This document shows positions 36,661-51,354 of a DNA stretch of 64,000 nt, in pieces. The stretch lies in assembly GCF_006345805.1 (NCBI RefSeq), contig NC_042999.1, positions 96,968,001 to 97,032,000 on the forward strand, in the 5' to 3' direction. The position numbers and the translations under genes were made by a program. Source of the DNA: Octopus sinensis (Eukaryota). How positions within the stretch are numbered: the stretch's first letter is position 1; each line of letters starts with the position of its first letter. The notes beneath the pieces are model-generated. The model was given only the letters and a program-made list of their open reading frames with translations. It ran no database searches and was not told where the DNA came from.

Positions 36661-38364
36661 AACGGTTTGGTGGGAAATAGGGTGGTGCTGCTGAACTCTG
36701 CTTCACTGCGAATGTTTCTTCGTCTCGGCTGAATTGTTGAAAGCAAATAAACAACTTTTATATAAACATGTTGTGCTCTCAATCATGGAGCAATGATCTA
36801 ACCCCAGACCACCACTCAACATTTTCAATCACACCTACACCCACTACCATCACCCCACCCCATTCTTCCAACCCTTACTATGTATCCTTTTTATTTTTGC
36901 GCCACGTTATTTTTAATTTTAATTTTCTTTAATTGCAAACGTAAATAAGATAACCTTAACCTACATTGAATTGTAAAGGTTGACTCCTTAATAACAACAG
37001 CAACAACAACATAAAGTATCAGCAACAACAACAGCAATAATAATAATAATAGCGACTACGACAACAGAAGCAGTAACGACAGCCTTAACGACAGCAACAA
37101 CAACAGCAGCGGCAATAGAAATAGAAGCAGAAATCAATAGCAACAACAAATTTGGGCAAAACGTTAACAGCAACAAGTACAGGAACTGTAACAACAAATG
37201 CTAGAACAACGAGAGCAACCGACAGCTGCAACGACAACAGTTGCAACGACAGCAGCCAAGCAACAACAGCAACAACAGTTGAAAAAGCGATGCATTGCTA
37301 CATCTCTTGGCAGAAACGTAAATAACAAAATCTATTTCAACGAAAAGTAAAAACACTAATAACAAAATTGTAACCAAAAGATGAGTAACAAGATGAACAA
37401 GAATAACAAACGCAACAGAAGCAAAAACATTGTTTTGAACTTTAACCTAAGTCTAAAAATATAGAGAAAATAATATAATCGGTTGAATCGAATCCAGTAT
37501 GTTATTGGTATCTGTTCTATCGAGCCGGAAGTGATAAATGACAAAATGAATCCCAGCAAAATTTGAACTAAGATACATCACGAAATACAGCAAGGCTTTT
37601 TGCTCATGAACTTTACACCATTGGAAGAAGACTGCTGTACTACATGCACCACGATTCTGCATAAAGAACACAAAATTAACGCATTCAAAGTTGCAACAAA
37701 TACTAAACTTCAGATTCTCTCTCGTGACCTTTCATATTGACCTCACACATCTGACCTTTTAAAACTGAATTAAAGGCTTTCCCTAAGGGTCAAAGCACAA
37801 GTCTTCATCTTTAATCAATTGCTTACTTTCTACAAATCTCGAATGTAGCCCAGAAAATAGTGCTGCCACGCAGAGCACCTGAAACATATACGAATATTCT
37901 AAACTTGATATGAAAAAAAAAAACAGAGTTAACCGGCTGATTGTCACAGATTTACTCACTAATACGTGAAACCAGTGGATGAGCCACAGACTTTCAATGT
38001 TCTTCTCACTATCTCTTTACTACTAGGATATGTTTCTGCTCCTCCGAATTAGCAGCTTGTGTATCACTGCTACTTAAACTCGCCTGATACACTCTCTTCA
38101 CCTCCATTTCTTGTCTCTAGTGCTCATTCTTCAAAATATATCCTTCCTCCTCATAACTGCTTCCCTCAAAAGTCCGCTCCACGCTCACATTTACCTAGTC
38201 ATCAGCTTAAATAAGTTCAGACTGAGCGTTGACTGCATCAGCCTGATTAGTCTGAGAAAACTTGCAATAGTATGGTTGCACCACTTCTTCCTCAGGTTAA
38301 ATGACCAAAAATAAAATCGGCTACGTCACTGCATTCAGACACATTAGAAATAGTGTTGTCAGCT

Positions 38365-38570
38365 TTTGGCAGAAGGCCAGCAATTTAGAGGGTGGGATTA
38401 AGTTGATTACATCGACCCCAGTGTTCAACTGGTACTTATTTTATCGATACCGAAAAGACGAAAGGCAAAGTCGACCTCGATGGAATTTGAACTCGGAATG
38501 AAAGGACGGACGATATGTTGCTAAGCATTTTCCCGGCGTGCTAACGATTCTGTCAGCTATCCGCCTTAGA
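38365..38570 (-). mobile_element. SINE family A copy
   Basis: Reverse-strand core and head. Confidence 0.82.
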
Positions 38571-38924
38571 CACATTAAAATTATTAACATAGAATCAACA
38601 AAAATAGCAACACAATAAAAACGAACCAACGAAAGAGCTTCAATTCGTCACTGGAAATGTCAAAAATAGCTACCAAATCTGCCCCGAATAAAACCGTCTT
38701 TAAAAAATGTAGATTACATATGTCAGCATCTTACTCAGGGCTGCTCACTGTGGCAATAAAACACGTTCCAGAATGTTGACCCCCGAATAAAACCGTCTTT
38801 AAAAAATGAACATAACACGTTCCAGAAAAACAGGAGGATGGGAAGAGAAGTGCATTTGATCATTGTTCACTCTCTCGTGAACAACGCGAGTAATAAAATG
38901 GTCGATCCAACGAAGAAACATTTA

Positions 38925-39112
38925 CATGATCACTTGATCTGCAAGTAACAGTAGCCAAGCCTCTCTTAAATCACGCACGAACATTTTAGAAGAAAAAGGA
39001 AGAACACTCCTACATACAATATTCCTGAAAAAGAAGGGGTTATCACAGCTTCAACGCCTTTGATCATAGGGCTGTTCAATCAGAGCTGACTTGGGGTTAA
39101 ATAACAACAACA
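38925..39112 (+). mobile_element. Old SINE/LINE-tail family D with (CAA)n tail (related pieces near 30420, 31560-31625, 40470-40550, 44960-45120)
   Basis: Shared motifs CCTTTGATCATAG, GCTGAC(C/T)TG and (AAATAG/TAG)CAGCCAAAT in several places. Confidence 0.5.
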
Positions 39113-39624
39113 GCAATGAATAGGGTAACAGCAACAAGAACAATAAGAAATAATTCAGTAGCAAAAGCTAGATTACTTAATTACTCAACTAGCAAAAGTA
39201 ACAACATCACCGATAGCAACAGAAACATCACCAGTCAAAGGAACATTATTAACAACAACAGAGACGATGACAGTGACAGACACATCAGTAGCAAGAAAAA
39301 AAAACAATAATCACAAAATTACAACACCAGTATTAGCAGCAATGTTGGTGCACGATGACCAGAAGTTCGCTTCGCAATCATGGGTTCTCGGTTTCGGTTT
39401 CGCTACGTGATATCTTGGGGAAGTGTTATTTTATATAATCACGTGTTGATGAATAGACAAAAACTTAACAGAAGCGCATCTAATGGTGTCCTCTATAATT
39501 CAAGGTACACCTTGTCTGACAAACTGTGTCACGTTGATTCCGTCTGGGAACTGCATTGAGTATACGTATCTATTGAATAGACAGTCTCTTATACACCAAT
39601 TTAGAAAGTTAATATATATAAGGT

Positions 39625-40035
39625 TTGGAAAAATCTGGTCTGACCATAAAAACAAAAGTTGACATATACAAAATTGTCGTTGTTACTACAGTATTTTACG
39701 GTTGTGAAACCTGGACAGTTTACCAAAGTCATGCAAAGAAAAACCTTACCACTTTCACCTGAAAATGCATGCGAAAAGTTTTTTAACATCAGATAGCATG
39801 ATAAAATTCCCAATATATCTGTGCTCTAGAGCGCTATGTCAAGCTTGTGTGCTTTCCTGAGCTCAGTCCAGTTGCAATGGAGTGGACATGTAGTGCGCAT
39901 ACTCGACTCCAAATTTCCCAGACAGATCTTTGGTGAACTAGCAGTTGGCTCTCAATCACGTAGTGAACCAAAGAAGAGATGCAAAGACATGCTCAAGACA
40001 ATATTGCAAAAATGTAGATTACAGATGTCAACGTA
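39625..40035 (+). mobile_element. RTE-clade LINE 3' fragment
   Basis: YKIVVVTTVFYGCETWT and QLQWSGHVVRILDSKFPRQIFGEL...SRSEPKKRCKDMLK are typical of the RTE ORF C-terminus. Confidence 0.82.
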
Positions 40036-40049
40036 GGAACATCTTACTT

Positions 40050-40185
40050 GGGGGTAGGGGCTTAGTCGGTTACATCGACTCGCCTGTTCTACTGTACTTA
40101 TTTCATCGATGAAAGGCAAAGTCGACCTGCCACTTAGCATTTTGTCCGATGTGCTAACGATCCTGCCAGCTTGCCGCCTTCACCG
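40050..40185 (-). mobile_element. SINE family A, internally deleted
   Basis: Reverse-strand head and core with the B-box region missing. Confidence 0.7.
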
Positions 40186-40639
40186 TCCTAAATAATAGAG
40201 CGATAATATATCAACAGCATATTTGCCTGCAACCTAGTTACTGACACAGGTCCGTTGCAACTATAAAATTATGTCATTGAGCAGGCCACAGTTGTGAGAC
40301 GAAAATTTGAACTTTTCAAGAAATTAATGGAAACTTAATGTAACATTTTAATCAGAAGGACTCTCTCACGGTATAACTGCTTCAAACTTCAACACATGGT
40401 TATCAGAACAGAATTAGCTAAAGCAATATCGTCACTCAGCCGGCCGTTGCGGAGACATCTATGCTGACACTGACCCTGAAAAAATGATGGCCAAATCTCA
40501 CTCTAATCATACTCGAAAGATGGACACATTGAAGGCTGATGCAGTCAATGTATGCGAAACTACAGGGTGGTCACCTTTTTATGGAACGCCATTTTTTTTA
40601 TTAGTTTGAGCAATTAGAGAATGACCTAGATCTAAGCAA

Positions 40640-40767
40640 CAACAATAACAATAGTAACATCAAGTGCTGTATCATCATCATCATTCTCACCACTATCACC
40701 ACCAGCCATACCAAATACAACAGCTAACTTTACATGAACAACACCTAATGCAAAAACATGATTTACA

Positions 40768-40810
<43 letters not shown>

Positions 40811-41257
40811 TAAATAATAATGATAATAATAGTAACAACAATAATCAGTGCTAAAAACATCAATTAGCTAAAAATGAAAGGTTCCGCTCCCTTGAATGTT
40901 CTTACGCAGAGGAGTGAATTGATGTCAACAACTGCAGTAGCGACAGCGACAACAGTATCAGCTGCAGCAGTAGCAGGAGCATCGGTGGCGACACAACAAG
41001 AACAACGACGACAACAACAAAGACGACGACGACATCACCATCATCATCATCAACAGCAAGAACTATAGCTGTAATAGTATAGATAGCAAATGCAATAACA
41101 GTAACAATTCAATAACAACAGTAATGATAACTCAATAACAACAGCAACAGTAACAACTTCAATAACAACTACCATAACATTACCAATAATAACGTTAATA
41201 ACAGTATTAATGCTTAGTAACAACAACGATAAAAACTTCAATACCTACAATGATAAC

Positions 41258-41291
<34 letters not shown>

Positions 41292-41320
41292 TAATAATAA
41301 TAATAATAATAATATAATAA
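40640..41320. repeat. CAA/CAT/CTA/AAT-rich trinucleotide low-complexity tract
   Basis: Directly visible. Confidence 0.85.
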
Positions 41321-41883
41321 ATGCCCTGATGAAGTACCAGGCAGTGGCTCTCGTGGCTTCTGATCTTAACTGATTGGAAGTGTTATCATGTACATTGTTT
41401 TGTCTTGGTATAAAATGATGGGTTACAGAAAATATTCTGCTCAATACCACAGATTTGCTGGTCAGTTGTTTGACCTTAACCAGTTGACCATGTTCCTTAG
41501 TGGCTGACGATATGTGCATCTCTGATCACGAGCATATGTAGTGGGGGATCATCATAGCCATGTTTTGCGAGGGATTCTTTGGGATGTGAATAATTCGCCT
41601 CTGGAAACATGGGTGTTTCGTTCAACATCCTTAAACAACCCTTATTCAGGGACCTTTTGAGCGGGATGGGTTTCTCGACCAGAGGAAAATTCTAACTGGG
41701 CCCCACAGTTTATCTTGATATGAGATCACCATGTCGCGCACATAAGGTTGTGATGCATGTACCTAGTATACCCTTATCAGACGGGTAGTCATGATGGGTA
41801 TACTGGGCTTCGTATATTTTACCCCAATGTCACTTTGATGGCATGCACTGCTCTCTCACTCAATAGTAATAACAATAATAATA

Positions 41884-42248
41884 ATAAGAGCACTCGGAGA
41901 GCGCAAACCTCCGCCAACGCAACACCAGCGTCCTCTCAATGATTAGCTGGAGATGGTTTTTTAAAATGAGGATATATCAAATATACTCAACTGCTTTCAC
42001 AAACGAGAATGCTAAAAATGAACCCGATCGCTCTCAAAAATTAAGTAAAAAAAAAAAACCGAAAATTAATCAGGATCCTTGTCCGGTACCAGATTCATCC
42101 CAAAATCTAATCAGTTCGTACCAGTCGCCAGGCCAAACATCTCTGAAAGTTTCATCCGAATCCATCCAGCAGTTCTTGAGATATCTTGTCCACGGACAAA
42201 CAAACACCACTGAAAACAATACCTCCACCTTCGCTAAGGCAGAAGTAA
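41884..42248 (+). mobile_element. Probable non-autonomous Helentron/DINE-like element
   Basis: 5' subterminal ACCTCCGCC (41907-41915), 3' imperfect hairpin ACCTCCACCTT-CGCT-AAGGCAGAAGT, short (CAAA)n before the end, A-rich flanks; this layout resembles DINE/HINE elements. Confidence 0.5.
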
Positions 42249-42639
42249 CAAGATAGAATCGACCTCAATATCAGTAACAAGAACAATTTCAGTAACAACA
42301 ACAACAACCGTAACACCACAATATCTACAATAATAATCTCATTAACAAAAGTAATATTTTGAATAACAGCAGTAACAACCTCAATAACAACAATAACCTC
42401 TGTAACAACAATGACATCAACGATAGTAACAATGTCAATAACAACAATAAAACCCTCAATACCAACGATATTAACTATAACAAACTCAACAATAACAACA
42501 ACCTCAAAAACAACAATATCAGCATCAATATCGACAATAACATCAACAGTAACAACACCAATAATAACAATAAAATCTCAATATGAACGACGTTAGCTAT
42601 AACAACCTCAACAACAACAATAACAACCTCGTTGGCTTC

Positions 42640-42845
42640 AAATTTTAGCACAAGGCCAGCAAATACGGAGGAAGGAGTTAATCGATTATATCGAATGCTC
42701 AACTGATACTTATTTTATTGACCCCGAAAGGGATAGACGGTAAAGTCGACCTCAGCGGAATTTGAACTCAGAATAGAAAGACGAACGAAATGCCGCTAAG
42801 TGTTTTGCCTGGCGTACTAACGATTCTGCTAGTTTGCTGCCTTAG
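42640..42845 (-). mobile_element. SINE family A copy
   Basis: Reverse-strand core and head. Confidence 0.82.
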
Positions 42846-43529
42846 TGAGAGCCTGTATAACAATCGCAGTAACAACTTCAACCAACAACTACTTTGGCAA
42901 CTACAACAAAAATAACAACATAGACATCTACAATTTACCATCTGTCATTGCGATCAATGTCCTCCATTATTTCCCGCACCACACCCGTATTATTTTTACC
43001 CCACCATCAACAATGCTTTCATCCACACCTCGCACACCAATGATACCTCTTTACTGCCAGTAATATCCTCTATATGCACACCACACCACTAGTTATAACC
43101 GCTATATGTACACATTTACTATTACTTTTACCTTTCTTCAGTTTTGATTTTGGTTTCCAAAATTTTTTATGTGAACTTGAGTGTTGAAACATATTTTGTT
43201 GTATCTCGGGAAGGTCGTTATGCCGATAATAAACACATGCACTGGTTCTATTTGACTTTATTATTTATTTTGTCACTTGGTTGATTATTTAACCAATTGA
43301 CTAATTGATAGTTTACTTAATTGTTCAGAGACAGACTTAGAGCAGAAAGGTCATGTCAATGATGAGGTCACGAATGGCATCGAAAGGACTATGACTGATA
43401 AACCTGATTGATTGACTGATGAATTGACTGGACAATTACTCAAACAATCGATTAGTTAATTGGTTAAATAATATATGAATGATATAGAAGTTATTTAGAA
43501 CCAGTGTGTGTATTTATTATTGATGTAAC

Positions 43530-43735
43530 GAATTAGGCGAGCTGGCAGAATCGTCACTGCGTCGGACGAAATGCTTAGCAGCATTTCAACCGGCTTTACC
43601 TTCTGAGCTTAAATTTTGCCATGGTCAGTTTTGCCTTTCGTCCTTTCGGGGTCGATAGAATAAGTACCAATTAAGTATCAGGATCGATGTAATCGATTAG
43701 TCTCTACCTCAAAATTTCAGGCCTTGTGCCTATAG
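43530..43735 (+). mobile_element. SINE family A copy
   Basis: Head GGCGAGCTGGCAGAATCG and core present. Confidence 0.82.
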
Positions 43736-44029
43736 CTGAAAAGATTATTGGGAGAATGTCCACCCATCCCGAGATACAACAAAATCATGTTCATTTGTCT
43801 TCTGTTATTCCGTTCTTACAGCAGAATCCTCGACAGTCCTATACATGTCTACATCCAACTACGTCATTGTATACACATCCCTGGAATATCTTTATAGGTC
43901 CAGACCACTATCACTACCAGCCTACGGTTTTCAGCCTATGGACCCCTTTCATTCCAATTTCATTCGTGTGGTGGGGAAGGGGCCTCATAGCCATTTGGTG
44001 TTTAAAAACTCCTACATTTTTTTTGACTA

Positions 44030-44500
44030 AGTATTGATTTCGAATTTTGGCACAAATCCAGCAATTTCGGAGGAAGGGGATAGTCGATTACATCAACTCC
44101 AGTTCACAACTGGTATATATTTTATCAACCCCGAAAGGATGAAAAGCAAAGTCGACCCCGGCGAAATCTGAACTCAGAACCTAAGAACGATCGAATGTCC
44201 CTAAGCATTTTAGTAGTAAAGTTCCATCCCGGGTCACAGAGACTCATAGTGCCTGATTCCCATAGCGTGTATATATTCACCACCTGCCTCTCCGTCGCAG
44301 AATTACTGTTTTGCCAGCTGAGTGGACTGGAGCAACGTGAAATGAAGTGTTTTGCTCAAGAACACAACGTGTCGCTCGGTCTAGGAATCGAAACCACAAT
44401 CTCACGATCACGAGTCCAACACTCCTCACCATAAGCTACGCTCCTCCATAGTAGGCATTTTGCCGTTTTGCCCGACGCGGTAACTATTCTGCCAGTTCAC
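44030..44500 (-). mobile_element. SINE family A interrupted by a second tRNA-derived SINE (44212-44451)
   Basis: Family A halves at 44030-44211 and 44452-44500. The insert has a minus-strand tRNA-like head (GGTTTCGATTCC) and CORE-like GTGTTCTTGAGCAAAACACTT, with TSD-like TAAGCATTTT / TAGGCATTTT. Confidence 0.75.
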
Positions 44501-44502
44501 CG

Positions 44503-44780
44503 CTTTTTTATGTTTAAATATTATTAGGAATTGTATAAGAAATATTTAAAGATTTTGTGCGTCGTAGAAATATAACCATTTCATCACACAAATTTTAACA
44601 GCAAAATCTTATATAGATGCTCAAGGGCCATATGGAATCTACCCAAGGGCTATATGGAACCCGCCCAATGGCCATATGGATCCCTCAAAAGCCATATGTA
44701 TCCCCCAAGGGTTATATGGATCCCCGAGGGCCATATGGAATCTAATTCAGGGCAATATGGGCGCCAGCTGAAAACCACTG
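44503..44780. mobile_element. hAT-Charlie-like MITE fragment with subterminal 20-22-bp tandem repeats
   Basis: Right end GCTGAAAACCACTG; shares TTTAACA.CAAAATCTTATAT.GAT with the MITE at 56277; about 7 CAAGGGCCATATGGA.. units at 44622-44765. Confidence 0.6.
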
Positions 44781-45879
44781 ATTTACAAAATTGTCATACC
44801 ATCACCACTACCCCTTACAAAACCGCTGCTCAAATAACCTTACACATTTTTCGATGACATCCTCATTACATTTAACAAGCTCCAACTCCTACTAATTCCT
44901 CCAACATCACTACTTCTAACAACTTTATACCCCTCGAGCCAATGAAGGATGTCTCTGGGTGGTCGCCAGAAATAGCAGCCAAATTTCCCTTAATTCTCAC
45001 CGTTCCGTCAAAAAAAAAATGATGCACACGTGAGACTGTCTCCTGAATGTTCTATCTTATTAAAACGGTCATGGTTGGAACGCTTAGGTCAGGTTTACTC
45101 ACAACCTTACACAGCTGACCTCTTTCCATCGCCGCCTCAATCACTCTATATATCACATATGCACCCACCACTCCCACCAACACCCACCGCGGCCACCACC
45201 ACTAACATTCCACGCACCTTACCCACACTGTTTTTTACACGCCTTGCTAACTGCCACCCTCGACATCAACACCCTCCGACACAACGAACACCTTGCCACC
45301 CACTACCACTTCCAACACAATATACATTACCGCCGCCGCCACCACCACCACCACCATCGCCAACAACAACAACAACATGTCTTATCACTTACCCTCCCCT
45401 ACCACTCTCATCCCCCTTGACTTATTACCCCCTCTATTTTACCCTCCACCCCTACTCTTACACAGATGCATTCCTCACCAGCACCATCACTATCACCACC
45501 ACTACTACTACTACTACTGCCACCACCACTCCACTTGCTACTGCCACCCATACCATCTATATATATATATGTATACATATATATATACACACACACACAT
45601 ATATATATACATATATACATATGTACATAAATAATACAAACACATATACACACACACATATATATATAGAGAGAGAGGGGGGAAGAGAGGGGGAGTGAGT
45701 GAGAGAGAGAGGGGAGGAAGAGAGAGGGAGTGAGTGAGAGAGAGAGGAGAAAGAGAAGAGAGACAGACAGACAAACAGATAGACAGGCAGACAGACAGAC
45801 TGCTACAAAACAAGTGCCTAGGTGGCAAAACATGTTTACGTTCGAGATCGAAGGGCAGACCCGTCAATAACTGATCTTC

Positions 45880-46446
<567 letters not shown>

Positions 46447-46844
46447 TATTCGTTCTTCTGAGAACAACCGTCAGGTGTTTCATTTCTTATATGAAAATGA
46501 ATTATGTCTTGGAGAGAAAAAAAAAACACGGATGAAGATATTCAAGGTTAACGAATGTTGTGTTAAGATACAGAGCAACGATATTTACATATCTTAGTAT
46601 TATTACTATTTTTCTGTGTCTTTCTTCCTTGTTGCTAAATATGTCAGTGCCTTCACAGAAGTGCTTGCGTATCATTTCAGAGATCAAGAACTTGCTTATA
46701 GTTCTGTAATAAAATTTCTTTAATTCATTTATACACTATATTATACTCAATTAGTATTGATGTATCGATTGATGAACATTACTGCAGGTTTTGTCTTGAA
46801 AACTTTAATGTCGTGGCGTTGAATTATCTAGTGAGTCTGCCTAA

Positions 46845-47315
46845 ATATTTGGTTTCAAATTTTGGCGCGAGGCCAGCAACTTCGGGGTAAATCAATTACA
46901 TCGACTCCAGTGTTCCATTGGTACTTATTTTATTGATCCCGAAAAGATGTAAAGCAAAGTCGACCTCAGCAAAATTTGAACTGAGGAAATGCTGCAAAGC
47001 ATTTTGTCCGGCATGCTAAAAGTTATGCCACCCGCACCCCAAGAATAATAATAATAATAACAATAATAATAATATAAATAGTAATAATAATAATAATAAT
47101 CCTTTCTACTGGAGACACAAGGCCTCACATTTTGGTGGGAGGGGACTAGTCGATTATATCAACTCCAGTGTTTCACTGGTACTTAATTTATCGACTCCGA
47201 AAGGATGAAAGGCAGAGTCGACCTCGACGGAATTGAATTCAGAACGTAGCGGCAGGCGAAATACTGCTAAGCATTTCGCCCGGCGTGCTAACGATTCTGC
47301 CAGCTGGCTGCCTTA
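46845..47315 (-). mobile_element. Two SINE family A copies separated by (AAT)n
   Basis: Reverse-strand cores at about 46900-46980 and 47150-47240. Confidence 0.8.
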
Positions 47316-47340
47316 AAATGATAATAATGATAATGATAAT

Positions 47341-48641
47341 AATGTAGAAGCTGAGAGGGCTGCATGAAAGTATAGTGTAACAGCTAGATAAGTGCTTGCA
47401 GAACGGCGCAGTACACAGGTGGATAACAAAGAAAAAGACATTGTTGGGTGCCAAGGATCCTGAAAAGGGAAATGTTGCATCCAACTTTAGCCTGCCACTA
47501 ATGTGAAAACTAATGTCAGGTGTTTTTGCCAGTGAACTGTACAGATACCAGGAAAGCAGTGGGCTGCTACCTATTGAACAGAAATGCTGCCGAACAAGAA
47601 ACTGGGGAAACGAAAGATCATCTCTTAATTGATAATCTAATTATCAGGAACTGCAAAAGAAGACACACAAACCTGAGCATGGCATGGGTTGACTATCGTA
47701 AAGCATACGATATGATATCACAATCCTGGATAACAGAAACAATGGAATTGTATGGAGTAGCAGAAAATATGAGGAGCCTTATATGGGATAGCTTGAAATG
47801 CTGGAGAACAGAATTGACAGCAAGGAATCAAGTATTAGGAGAGGTGAAAATCGAGAAAAGTATTTTCTAGGGGGACAGTGTCCCCCCACTGATCTTCATG
47901 CTGGGAATGATCCCCTTGAATGAAGTACTACAGAAAATGAAGTTGGGTATGACCTAGGAAGAGGTAAGGGAAAACTGCACCACTTGCTATTCATGGACGA
48001 CCAAAAGCTGTTCACAAAACAGAAGCAGAATTGGACAGCCTGGTTCAGTCTATGCGGATTTTCTCCAATGATATTAAGATATTAAGTTTGGACTCTCAAA
48101 ATGTGCTACGATGGTGATGAGACGAGGAAAACTTTTCAGAACGGAAGGCATGTAATTGTCAAGTGGTGAAATGATGAGGGCAATTCAAGGAATACTTGAG
48201 GCAGATGAAATCAAACACGAGGATGAAGGAAAAGACATGAAGGATGAAGGAAAAGACAAAAAGAGAGTACCTTTGGCGAGTGAGAAAAATACTGGGTTCA
48301 AAACTGAATGCTAGAAACATAATTTCGGCAATAAACTCGCACGCAGTTGCTGTAGTTCGGTATGGCGCTGGAATCCTGATGTAGACAAGGGAGGAGCTAA
48401 AGAAGGTGGACAGGAAGTCAAGAAAATTTCTAACGATGCATGTAGCCCATCGTCCTCAGGAATGAGCAAGGTTCTCCGCCGTGCCACATCTGCAATAAAG
48501 TGGATGAAGCCATTGCCCATATCAGAATAATCGGAAACGTATAAGATAGTTGAAAATAACGGATATCATGGTACCGCAGGTTGGAGGTGCAAGCCCGTTA
48601 CGCATGCAATACTCCAGGAGTTCCAATCTGTGATAAAAAGA

Positions 48642-48700
<59 letters not shown>

Positions 48701-49560
48701 TGATGATGAGGAGGAGGATGAGGATGAGGATGATCAAAAACCCAAACGAAGTTGAAAATCAGAAAAAAGAACAGAATTTATCTCACTGGCAGGAGAAGGC
48801 GTTGCATGGTAGATTCCCATAGATAGTTACAGCAAATAATAGTAGTGAGACATGGCTATGGTAGCAGAAGGGAAAGCTGAAAAAGGAGACTATGAGTTTG
48901 CTTGTAGCAGCACAAGATCAAGCATTAAGGACTAATTGGATAAAAGCCAAGATAGACAAAAGCCAAGTAGATTCCCAATGTAGGTTATGCAAATCAAAAG
49001 AGGAAAGCGTTACTCATTTAGTAAGTGAATGTAGCATGCTGGCACAGAAAGAATACAAGAAAAGACATGATTTGGAGTTATGTAGAAGGCTAGGATTTGA
49101 ACATACGGATAAATGCTATGAACATGAACCTAGTAAAGTACTAGAAAGTAAGAAATACAAGATGTGAGACTTTAACATTCATACTGACAGAGTAATAGAA
49201 ACTAGAAGACCTGATTTAATAGTAGATGATAAAGTGAATAGAAAATGCCAAATAATGACTTCACAGTCCCAGATGATGAAACAATTAATATGAGAGGTGT
49301 AGAAAAATAGCAAAGTACCAGGACCTAGCCATTGAATTACAGAGACTATGGAAAGTGCGGGTAAAATGTATCCCAGTAGTTATAGGTGCATTGGCAACTG
49401 TCCCTAAAAATTTGAACAGATGGATAGAGGAAATAGGCATCAAACCCAATTTAGTACAGCTCCAGAAAACAGTGTTGTTAGGGACAGCTAAGATACTTAG
49501 GAGGGCTCCTGGCATCTAAGGTTACTTTTTGTAGCCCGATGTTAGGATGTTTTCTTTTCC
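47341..49560 (+). mobile_element. R4/Dong-like RLE LINE, 5'-truncated (RT, CCHC, RLE), decayed
   Basis: [34 protein letters not shown] (RT), LLFMDD, AAQDQALRTNW...CRLCKSKEESVTHL (CCHC), RRPDLIV and LQKTVLLGTAKILRR (RLE end). Begins after (AAT/GAT)n and is interrupted at about 48470-48735. Confidence 0.88.
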
Positions 49561-49609
49561 AGCAGTCTAATCTGTTGCGTGTATATGAAAATAATAATAA
49601 TAATAATAA

Positions 49610-49684
<75 letters not shown>

Positions 49685-49689
49685 AATAA

Positions 49690-51205
49690 TAAATACTGGT
49701 CCGGTTCCAGCCTGTCGTCATTCAGCAAAGGACCAGCTCATACGATGTAGATGGAACAAACAAGTCAATGCTGCGATCATGGAGTGTTACTACCTGAGCA
49801 ACCCTGTATACGAGAACGGTGCTTATATTAGGGGATACCGACAACGTATATATGATCAATGGAGAGAAAGGGGGTTGTTTCAACACATGGAGCATAGATT
49901 ATGTGACCAAGCTAGAGCAATAAGAAAAATCGTTGGTTCACGGAAGCAGAGCTCGAAACTATCGAAAGACAGGTATTGGAAAATAGCAACAGAGGAAACA
50001 ATGAAAATACAGTTCTTACTGATAGAAGTAATCTCATAGCAGAAAATAGAGGTGAGATCTCTAATAAACCACAGGAAATGAACAGTAATAGCTTGTTCGA
50101 TGAGAAACATAGATGGTCTGAATGAGGACAATAAAACTAATGGTGACATGACAGATAGGCAAAAGACAATCAACGACAGAATATACACAAGGCTACAGGA
50201 GAACGATAGGGACATTATTTGCAACCTTGAATAGGTTGATAGATGGAAATTGAACAAAGAAACGAAAAATGTGAATGAAATTATAAAATACATCAGTACA
50301 AAACACATCACAGAAACAAACAATTTAATCAAGGCAGCAAGTACTGTTGTAGCAGAAAATGTGGGCGTTGATGTCAAGAAAAAGAAATATAATGTGAGTG
50401 ACAAAAGAAAAGATTCATGGTAGAAAAGAGAAGATCCATGGTGGAAAAGAAGAATACATGCGGGGTTAGATATGCTCTGTATTAGACCGAAAAGAGAAGG
50501 GGGTACTTAAAAGCGAACAAAAATACAGGGCATTGAACAGGAAGTATGATATTGAAAGAATGGGCCTGAAAGTGGTAATGGAAGAACTGAAACAGCGCCT
50601 CATTGCAAAGAAAGCAAAGATGGTAGATACGACCAAAGAATGAAGGGATACCAGCAGAATAGGTTATTCAGAGTAGATGAGAAGAGATTATACAATGAAA
50701 TAAATGGAGAGTGTACGGATCAAAAGTTGATACCAGATAACATTGAAAGTCAAAGGTTTTGGAGTGACATTTGTTGCAAAGACAAGGAGCACAAGGAGAA
50801 TGCTGAATGGCTGCAAGAACTGAAACAAACGATTAGCTGCACCACTCAAAACCTTGTTAAACGCCGACCAAGTAACACCAGAGTGGCTGACAATGGACAA
50901 GACAGTTCTGTGCTTGAAAAACATCGAAAGACGCAATACGGTAGACAATTACAGGCCGATATCCTGCTTGCCACTTATATGGAAATTATTGACTGGAATA
51001 ATCGCAGAGTCAATGTACGGACATCTGGAAAAAATGGAGTCCTGCCACATGAGCAGAAGGGTGCAAGCGTAAGTGCAGAGGTAGCAAGGATCAACTCCTG
51101 GTAGACAAAACTGTACTTAGAGACTGCAAGAGGAGGAAAACTAACTTAGCCATGTCATGGATCGTTAATCGTAAGAAATACGATATGATACCGCATTCTT
51201 CGGAT
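49690..51205 (+). mobile_element. R4/Dong-like LINE 5' portion with internal deletion
   Basis: N-terminal RCRWNKQVNAAIMECYYLSNP...GYRQRIYDQWRERG...RLCDQARAI, later YRPISCLPLIWKLLTGII (RT start); follows (AAT)n(GAT)n. Confidence 0.82.
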
Positions 51206-51354
51206 GGTGCTCGAAAAATATGGGGTGTTACCTTAATTCACTGGTAGTGAACAGCTGACACCGTAGTACATCTCTAGCGTTAGAAGCTGTGCAATGACAA
51301 TACAATAATAATAATAATAATAACAACAATAACAACAACAATAACAAGAATTGC

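Noticed and set aside
44622-44765. Regularly spaced 20-22-bp repeats suggesting a CRISPR array
   Set aside because: The units are contiguous with no unique spacers, the context is eukaryotic and there are no cas genes.
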